A stretch of 64,000 bases of DNA. Origin: Anaerotignum sp. GTDB taxonomy: Bacteria > Bacillota > Clostridia > Oscillospirales > Butyricicoccaceae. The position numbers were made by a program, and so were the translations under genes. The DNA lies in assembly GCA_963620595.1 (NCBI GenBank), contig CAVFAY010000005.1:52187-116186 (forward strand). The letters run 5' to 3'. Under the pieces are notes generated by a model. It ran no database searches. It was not told the DNA's origin and saw only the letters and a list, made by a program, of their open reading frames with translations. Positions 58,435-64,000 of the stretch are shown here, in pieces; positions within the stretch are counted from its first letter, which is position 1; every line of letters begins with the position of its first letter.

Positions 58435-60096
58435 ATGAAGATGAAGAATGCGATGCAGAGAAATATCTGTGTAATCGGACATAAAAATCCGGACACAGAT
58501 TCCATCTGCTCTGCCATCGCCTATGCGAACCTGAAGAATTTGACTTCAGAGCGATCCTACGAGCCGAGAAGAGCGGGAGAGATCAACCAGGAAACAGCAT
58601 TTGTTTTGCAGAAGTTTCATATGGAGCCGCCGGAGATGTGCTTGGACGTCCATGCTACGGTCAGCGATATTGACATTCGATATATTGACGGCGTAGATGG
58701 AAATATGACCCTGCGCCGCGCATGGGAGACGATGCGAGACCAAGACATCACTACACTGCCGATTACAACGAATGATAACAAGCCGGAAGGCTTGATTACC
58801 TTGAAGCGTCTGGCTATGGCAAACATGGACAGCTTGGATCCGCACGCGGTATCTAATGCCTGCACACCGATTGCCAATATTGTAGAAACACTGCACGGCA
58901 CACTCATTACCGGCGATCATGATATGATTCTCGATCAGGGAAAGATTGTTATCGCAGCGGGCAGTCCGGAAGCAATGGAAAATATGGTAGATCCGGGAGA
59001 TATTGTCTTGGTTGCAAACCGATATGAGGCGCAGCTGTGTGCGATTGAACTGGAAGCTGCGTGCTTGGTCGTATGCATGACGCCGAAAATCGCAAAGACC
59101 ATTATCAAGATTGCCAAGGAACATAATTGCACAGTTATCAGCACACCATATGATACCTATGCGGCATCGTGTCTGATTAATCAGAGTATCCCGATTCGGC
59201 ATCCGATGGCAAAGGCTATGATTTCTTTTCAGCTGGATACACCGATTGAAGAAGCAAAGAAAATTATGGGTCGTGTGCGCCATAATTATTTTCCTGTCAT
59301 GGATAAGCAGGGCTATTATCAGGGTGTTATCTCTCGTCGTAACTTGCTGAATTTGCAGCGTAAACAGTTGATTCTCGTCGATCACAATGAGAAAACCCAG
59401 TGTGTGGACGGCTTTGAGGAAGCGGAAATTTTAGAGATTATTGACCATCATCGCATTGGCAATCTGGAAACCAGCAGTCCGGTGTACTTCCGCAACCATC
59501 CAGTGGGCTGCACGGCAACGATCATCTATCAGATGTACAGGGAGAACGGCGTTGAAATTGAACCGAATATGGCAGGCATTTTGTGCAGTGCGATTTTATC
59601 GGATACGTTGATTTTCCGTTCACCGACTTGTACGGCACAGGACGAATATGCAGCGCGTAAGCTCGCAGAAATTGCAGGCATTGACATCAATCAGTTTGCA
59701 CAGGAGATGTTTGAAGCAGGCGAAAATCTACAGGAGCGCACAGCCGAACAAGTGCTGACGCAGGATTATAAGATCTTTGCCAGCGGCGGCATTCGATTTG
59801 GTGTCGGCCAAGGCAGTTATGTCAGCGCGAAAAATCGCGAAATGGCAAAGGAAATGCTCAATGGAGAAATGGAAAAGATATTGGCAAAAGAAAATGTGGA
59901 TATGATTTTCTATCTTGTCACTAATATCCTCGACCAGTCCAGTGAGGTTCTGTTTGCTGGTAAGGATGCAGATGTCCTGCTCGGCACGGCATTTCATTGC
60001 ACGGTGAAAAAAGGAGAACCACTATTGTTGAAAGATGTGGTTTCCCGGAAAAAGCAGTTCATTCCGGCAATGATTGGCGCCATTCAGAATCAATAA
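58435..60096 (+). CDS. ppaC: Mn-dependent family II inorganic pyrophosphatase with CBS-DRTGG insert
   Basis: GHKNPDTDS, LVDHNE, IIDHH, ILSDT, VVSRKKQ; GGAGG RBS. Confidence 0.95.
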   Translation: MKMKNAMQRNICVIGHKNPDTDSICSAIAYANLKNLTSERSYEPRRAGEINQETAFVLQKFHMEPPEMCLDVHATVSDIDIRYIDGVDGNMTLRRAWETMRDQDITTLPITTNDNKPEGLITLKRLAMANMDSLDPHAVSNACTPIANIVETLHGTLITGDHDMILDQGKIVIAAGSPEAMENMVDPGDIVLVANRYEAQLCAIELEAACLVVCMTPKIAKTIIKIAKEHNCTVISTPYDTYAASCLINQSIPIRHPMAKAMISFQLDTPIEEAKKIMGRVRHNYFPVMDKQGYYQGVISRRNLLNLQRKQLILVDHNEKTQCVDGFEEAEILEIIDHHRIGNLETSSPVYFRNHPVGCTATIIYQMYRENGVEIEPNMAGILCSAILSDTLIFRSPTCTAQDEYAARKLAEIAGIDINQFAQEMFEAGENLQERTAEQVLTQDYKIFASGGIRFGVGQGSYVSAKNREMAKEMLNGEMEKILAKENVDMIFYLVTNILDQSSEVLFAGKDADVLLGTAFHCTVKKGEPLLLKDVVSRKKQFIPAMIGAIQNQ

Positions 60097-60104
60097 AAGC
60101 AAAA

Positions 60105-60147
60105 AAACAGCGCAGCAGGAGAGGCGTTTCTCCTGTCTGCGCTGTTT
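60105..60147 (+). terminator. Terminator after ppaC
   Basis: AAACAGCGCAG-CAGGAGA...TCTCCTG-T-CTGCGCTGTTT. Confidence 0.7.
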
Positions 60148-60174
60148 ACTGTGCGCTTAAGCATGACAAAAAAG

Positions 60175-60204
60175 AAATCCGCAGGCATGAAAACCTGCGG
60201 ATTT
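60175..60204 (-). terminator. Terminator downstream of tRNA 3' end
   Basis: AAATCCGCAGG-catgaaaa-CCTGCGGATTT, T-tract on minus strand. Confidence 0.7.
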
Positions 60205-60209
60205 TGTTA

Positions 60210-60269
60210 TGGCGGAGAGGGCGGGATTCGAACCCGCGTGCGATTGCTCGCAAACTGATTTCGAGTCAG
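60210..60269 (-). tRNA. 3' fragment of tRNA-Ser(CGA): att junction
   Basis: CTGACT-CGA-AATCAG anticodon arm, long variable arm, GCGGGTTCGAATCCCGC T-arm, CCTCTCC-GCCA; no D-arm or 5' acceptor strand. Confidence 0.88.
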
Positions 60270-60421
60270 AGTCGCTATCCGGACTTTGAAGGAAAACAGC
60301 AGAAACTCACGGACAATATGAGAGTTTGCAAACCCTTGAAAAATCAGCATTTTTTCGCCCTTGAAGGTTGAAAATCCCGAAAGTCCAGACAGGGCAAGGA
60401 GTTCGAAAGAAATCCGGTTTT

Positions 60422-60470
60422 GGGGAGAAAAAAGCCCGTTGGGGAGAAGATGGGGAGAACTCGGGGAGAA
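60422..60470 (+). repeat. Four GGGGAGAA direct repeats
   Basis: Copies at 60422, 60441, 60452, 60463. Confidence 0.8.
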
Positions 60471-60533
60471 ATCACAGTCCAATGCAGATGACACCTACCG
60501 ATACCGAACATCAAATTCAAGGTGGTTATCCGC

Positions 60534-61136
60534 ATGACTGAAAGCATGAAATATTACGAATCCATCCGCCGCAAATACCCTGAGACGGTCTCGAAGGATC
60601 AGTTCTACCAGATCGCCCATATCAGCAAAGCGACCGCTCTGCACCTTCTTCAAAACGGTTTAGTCCCGTGCAAAGATACGGGCAAGAAAACTCGCCGGTA
60701 CACAATCCACACCGACGATATAATCTTCTATATGATTGACCGGGAGCTTCACCCGGAAGTCTATCGCGCACCGGATCGCTGGTATCAGGAGCGGTCGGGT
60801 CATTACAATTCGCGTGTCACCTACCGGAATGAGCTGACGAGGCTGTCCGAAGAGGAACGAGCCAGTTTCCGAAAATACATGGAAGACGAGTTTTGCCAGT
60901 ACGGCGATCTGCTGACCGTCGTTGAAGTGGCTGAGGCAATCGGCTATTGCGATACTTCTCTTCATCGCTGGTGCAACGCCAAAAAGCTCAAATCGTTCAA
61001 TATCTCCGGGAAGTTTCTCATACCAAAGATCAGCCTCGTAGATTTTCTCGTTTCTCAGTACAGCTTCGACATTACACGAAAAACTTGGAAGCATACGCTG
61101 CTCATCAAAAACTTCCTTGATCAACTTTCAAATTGA
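60534..61136 (+). CDS. Double excisionase-like (HTH_17/MerR-type) DNA-binding protein
   Basis: YPETVSKDQFYQIAHISKATA..LLQNG and YGDLLTVVEVAEAIGY....HRWC...KLK....GKFLIPK. Confidence 0.75.
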   Translation: MTESMKYYESIRRKYPETVSKDQFYQIAHISKATALHLLQNGLVPCKDTGKKTRRYTIHTDDIIFYMIDRELHPEVYRAPDRWYQERSGHYNSRVTYRNELTRLSEEERASFRKYMEDEFCQYGDLLTVVEVAEAIGYCDTSLHRWCNAKKLKSFNISGKFLIPKISLVDFLVSQYSFDITRKTWKHTLLIKNFLDQLSN

Positions 61137-61199
61137 TGTCATGCAGCGTTCAGAGTTGCTTGATATAATTGATCTATTACCGATGAAGGAGGTGACAAT

Positions 61200-61415
61200 A
61201 TGGAAAACAGGCAGGAACTACTTGATAGCTTAGTGGACATCCGGGATGTCAAAATTGACCGAAGCCTTCCCGTTGAGGAACGGATGCAGTCTTATGTTGA
61301 ACAGATCAAGAACCCGTATATGTTCAAGTATGGCACTACCATTGTCCGCGTAAGCTATGCGAATACCACGCAGACGATCGACGATAACTTTCTTAATCTG
61401 CTGATGAGTCTGTGA
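61200..61415 (+). CDS. Small mobile-element protein (DUF6870-like)
   Basis: LVDIRDVKID..LP.EER..SY..QIKNPY.FK.G...V.VSY; AAGGAGG RBS. Confidence 0.75.
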   Translation: MENRQELLDSLVDIRDVKIDRSLPVEERMQSYVEQIKNPYMFKYGTTIVRVSYANTTQTIDDNFLNLLMSL

Positions 61416-61521
61416 TTGGTGTGATTGGTCAGATACCGGAAAAGAGCTGGTGTTTTCGCTGATTTTGTCCAACAGTGAACCTTCACAGTCCTGCGAGTTT
61501 CCTGCAAAACTATATAAGCAC

Positions 61522-61573
61522 AGCCCCGTTATTGCACTGCGCATAGCAGAACAATGACGGGGCTTATTTTTTT
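61522..61573 (+). terminator. Hairpin plus T-tract preceding the ICE conjugation operon
   Basis: AGCCCCGTTATTG...CAATGACGGGGCT-TATTTTTTT. Confidence 0.55.
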
Positions 61574-61594
61574 GCCAAATTGGAGGTCAAAGCA

Positions 61595-61816
61595 ATGAAC
61601 ACAAAAGATTCCGCCAAGGCATTTGACGCCTTGATGCAGGAAACGCCCTATTCGCATTTCGATAGCGGTTGCGATGGCATTTGTCCGGAGTGCCGCACTT
61701 GCCGTTATCATCGCCCATTCTGGCGGCACCAGACGTGCGTGTTTGAATACTGCCCATACTCCCCAATCTCTCTTCCCACCCGTCGGGATCGTCAGCCTTC
61801 GGAAAAGGAGCGGTGA
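61595..61816 (+). CDS. Small Cys-rich ICE protein
   Basis: GGAGG RBS; CDGICPECRTCRYH...CVFEYCPY. Confidence 0.7.
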   Translation: MNTKDSAKAFDALMQETPYSHFDSGCDGICPECRTCRYHRPFWRHQTCVFEYCPYSPISLPTRRDRQPSEKER

Positions 61817-61817
61817 T

Positions 61818-62645
61818 ATGGGTGTCTTTCGCGTCAACAAAAACAGGAACTACACCGTCATGTCGAATGTCCATCTCCGTGATAAGGCTCTTCCCTTAAA
61901 AGCAAAAGGGTTACTCTCTTTGATGCTGAGTCTTCCGGAAGATTGGGACTACTCCATGCGAGGTTTGGCAAAACTCAGCGCCGACGGGCTGGACTCCACG
62001 AGAGCAGCAGTCAAAGCTCTTGAGCGAAGCGGTTATGTTGTCCGCCGTCAGCTCTATGACTCCCGTGGGCGTTTTTCCAACAACGAGTACACAGTATTTG
62101 AGCTTCCGCAGCCCAGCTCTCCGTCATCGGACTTACCGTTGACGGGAAAGCCGTCAACGGAGAAACCGCCATCGGATGCCCCGTTATCGGGAAAGCCGTC
62201 CCAAATAAATACTGAACAAGTAATCACTCAAGAAAGAAATACTGACCTGAACAACTATCAATCTATCAATCTTGATGGGATGGACAGGATGGATGAGCGA
62301 GAGCGATACAGAGAAATTATCGAAGAGAACATCGAATATGAGATCATGAAAGACCGCCCTGACGGAGACCGGCTCAGTGAAATTGTCGAGATCATGCTGG
62401 ATGCCGTTTGCTCAACTGCGCCGACCATCCGCATCAATGGCGAGGATATGCCGCAGCAAGTGGTCAAGTCCCGCTTTCTCAAGCTGGACAGCAGCCACAT
62501 CGAGTATGTTTTCCACGCAATGAAGGAATGCCCGTCCAATATTCGGAACATCAGGGCATATCTCCTGACAACGCTCTATAACGCTCCGGCAACGATGGAC
62601 AATTTCTACTCCGCAAAAGTCAATCATGATTTCAACGGCTGGTAA
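61818..62645 (+). CDS. Replication initiator-like HTH protein (DUF6017-type C-terminus)
   Basis: FRVNKNRNYTVMSN, LKAKGLLSLMLSLPEDW; C-term IRNIRAYLLTTLYNAPATM. Confidence 0.85.
   Translation: MGVFRVNKNRNYTVMSNVHLRDKALPLKAKGLLSLMLSLPEDWDYSMRGLAKLSADGLDSTRAAVKALERSGYVVRRQLYDSRGRFSNNEYTVFELPQPSSPSSDLPLTGKPSTEKPPSDAPLSGKPSQINTEQVITQERNTDLNNYQSINLDGMDRMDERERYREIIEENIEYEIMKDRPDGDRLSEIVEIMLDAVCSTAPTIRINGEDMPQQVVKSRFLKLDSSHIEYVFHAMKECPSNIRNIRAYLLTTLYNAPATMDNFYSAKVNHDFNGW
62121..62200 (+). repeat. 15-bp periodic iteron-like repeats inside rep (CCG-N4-CGG-N5)
   Basis: Units at 62121, 62136, 62151, 62166, 62181, partial 62196. Confidence 0.75.
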
Positions 62646-62785
62646 ACCGCAAGCGAAATGCTGGCGGTTATTTTTATGCCTGAAAGGAGGGCTTTACATG
62701 GTCATATTCATTCATCTGCCGGGTGTGCCGCCTTAGCTGAGGCAGCATCTCCACAATCATTTCAAGGAAAGGAGGTATCACTGCA

Positions 62786-63277
62786 ATGCAGGATGAAGTC
62801 AACACCAAAGTTGTTGCAATCATGATCAAGGGCGGCAAAATCTCCGCCGAGGTGCTGAAAAAGGCTCTGGACAAGTTTGTTCAGGAGATCGAGAAGGCAC
62901 AGAAGCAGATGCAGCAGCCCAAAACCTATCGCGGCAAGCAGTCCATCAAGCATCTGATGAGCCAGAATGCCGCCATTTCCAACATCGAAGTGACGGACGG
63001 CAACATCAAATCCTTTGAGCGGACTGCCAGCAAATACGGTCTGGACTTTGCACTCAAGAAGGACGTTTCCGTTGAGCCGCCCAGCTATCTTGTCTTCTTC
63101 AAGGGACGAGACGTTGATGTCATGACCGCCGCCTTCAAGGAGTTCTCTGCAAAGACGGTCAAGCAGAAGGAACAGCCGTCCATCCGGCACAAGCTGGATC
63201 AGGAGAAAGCCCAGAGCAAAGTGCAGCACAAAGAGAAAGTCAAGGTCAAGACCAAGGATCGGGGTGTAGAGTTGTGA
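62786..63277 (+). CDS. PcfB-family conjugation protein
   Basis: GKQSIKHL, FERTASKYGLDFALKKD, YLVFFKGRD.D. Confidence 0.88.
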   Translation: MQDEVNTKVVAIMIKGGKISAEVLKKALDKFVQEIEKAQKQMQQPKTYRGKQSIKHLMSQNAAISNIEVTDGNIKSFERTASKYGLDFALKKDVSVEPPSYLVFFKGRDVDVMTAAFKEFSAKTVKQKEQPSIRHKLDQEKAQSKVQHKEKVKVKTKDRGVEL

Positions 63278-64000
63278 ACAAACCCGATGTAAAGAAACTC
63301 ATTCTTCTGAACCTTCCGTATGTCTTTGCCTTCTACTTTGCGGATAAGATCGCCGCCGTATTCCGTCTCGCACCCGGCACGGAGTTCATCGACAAGCTGA
63401 CAAACGGTTTTGCCGTGTTCGGCAGTGCCTTTGCAAATCCGCTCCCCAGCTTTCATCCCGTTGATCTGCTCATCGGTCTGATTGCCGGTGCGCTGCTCAA
63501 GCTGGCGGTCTACGTCAAGGGCAAGAACCGCAAGAAGTTCCGGCAAGGCGAAGAATACGGCTCTGCCCGATGGGGCAAGCCGGAGGACATCAAGCCGTAC
63601 ATGGACCCAGAGTTCTCCAACAACGTCATTCTGACGCAGACGGAGTTTCTGACCATGAACAGCCGTCCCAAGCAGCCGAAATATGCCAGAAACAAAAACA
63701 TCCTTGTCATCGGCGGTTCCGGCTCAGGCAAGACGCGCTTTTTCGTGAAGCCAAACCTGATGCAGATGCATAGCTCTTATGTGGTCACTGATCCGAAAGG
63801 AACTGTGCTGGTAGAATGCGGCAAGATGCTTGAAAAGGGAGGCTACGTTATCAAGTCGCTGAACACCATCAACTTCCGGAAATCCATGCACTACAACCCT
63901 TTTAGCTACATCCGTAGTGAGAAAGACATTCTCAAGCTGGTCAATACGATCATCGCCAACACGAAGGGAGATGGCGATAAGTCCGGCGAAGATTTTTGGG
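63274..64000 (+). CDS. VirD4/TraG type IV coupling protein (runs off right edge)
   Basis: Not in ORF track; GTG start overlapping pcfB stop; EYGSARWG, NKNILVIGGSGSGKTRFFVKPNLMQ, VVTDPKG, HYNPF. Confidence 0.93.
   Translation, partial: MNKPDVKKLILLNLPYVFAFYFADKIAAVFRLAPGTEFIDKLTNGFAVFGSAFANPLPSFHPVDLLIGLIAGALLKLAVYVKGKNRKKFRQGEEYGSARWGKPEDIKPYMDPEFSNNVILTQTEFLTMNSRPKQPKYARNKNILVIGGSGSGKTRFFVKPNLMQMHSSYVVTDPKGTVLVECGKMLEKGGYVIKSLNTINFRKSMHYNPFSYIRSEKDILKLVNTIIANTKGDGDKSGEDFW

Larger units (their letters stand above)
60270..64000 (+). mobile_element. Left part of an integrative conjugative element (Tn1549/CTn-like conjugation module) inserted at tRNA-Ser
   Basis: tRNA fragment boundary, direct repeats, HTH protein, rep, pcfB, virD4; codon usage shifts to more C-ending codons. 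Confidence 0.85.

Noticed and set aside
6404..60204. Similar ATCC(C)GC hairpins at 6404, 10301 and 60175 as a REP-like family
   Set aside because: Short similarity, all at gene ends with T-tracts; explained as ordinary terminators.
60210..60300. Intact tRNA-Ser gene
   Set aside because: No D-arm or 5' acceptor strand complementary to CCTCTCC; treated as an att remnant.
1..64000. Long antisense or alternate-frame ORFs in the track (e.g. 6507-7481, 8249-8953, 20534-21316, 58546-59385)
   Set aside because: They lie inside well-supported genes, lack RBSs and motifs, and look like shadow ORFs.
1..64000. CRISPR array, cas genes, rRNA or IS transposase
   Set aside because: No repeat-spacer pattern or diagnostic motifs seen.

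Overview
Chromosomal window from an anaerobic, probably spore-forming Clostridia-type Firmicute (Firmicute RBSs, sigmaA promoters, SLH domains, Spo0A-family regulator, [FeFe]-hydrogenase). Bases 1-60,200 are mostly housekeeping and metabolic genes: transporters, a GltD-linked (group A2-type) [FeFe]-hydrogenase with hydG and a TM1266-type regulator, pdxST/pdxR, hisB, pepD, tex, sbcCD, an FHA-RodA-PBP cluster, a KdpDE-like pair, cysK and ppaC. There is also a small defence islet (MmeI-family R-M enzyme plus DinJ/YafQ). At ~60,210 a 3' fragment of tRNA-Ser(CGA) marks an att junction, and an integrative conjugative element (rep, pcfB, virD4) runs off the right edge. Best candidates for undescribed biology: (i) a structured leader with a terminator/antiterminator switch upstream of the TM1266-hydG operon; (ii) a 3'UTR RNA with three C-rich anti-Shine-Dalgarno motifs; (iii) a divergent Spo0A paralog with a shortened sigmaA-contact region, preceded by a cluster of 0A boxes; (iv) a catalytically degenerate SLH-anchored GH25; (v) an RpiR/GPH/EEP/tandem-MgtC locus; (vi) a capA-like gene frameshifted in a T9 tract. 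All calls come from motif recognition by eye; no database searches were run.
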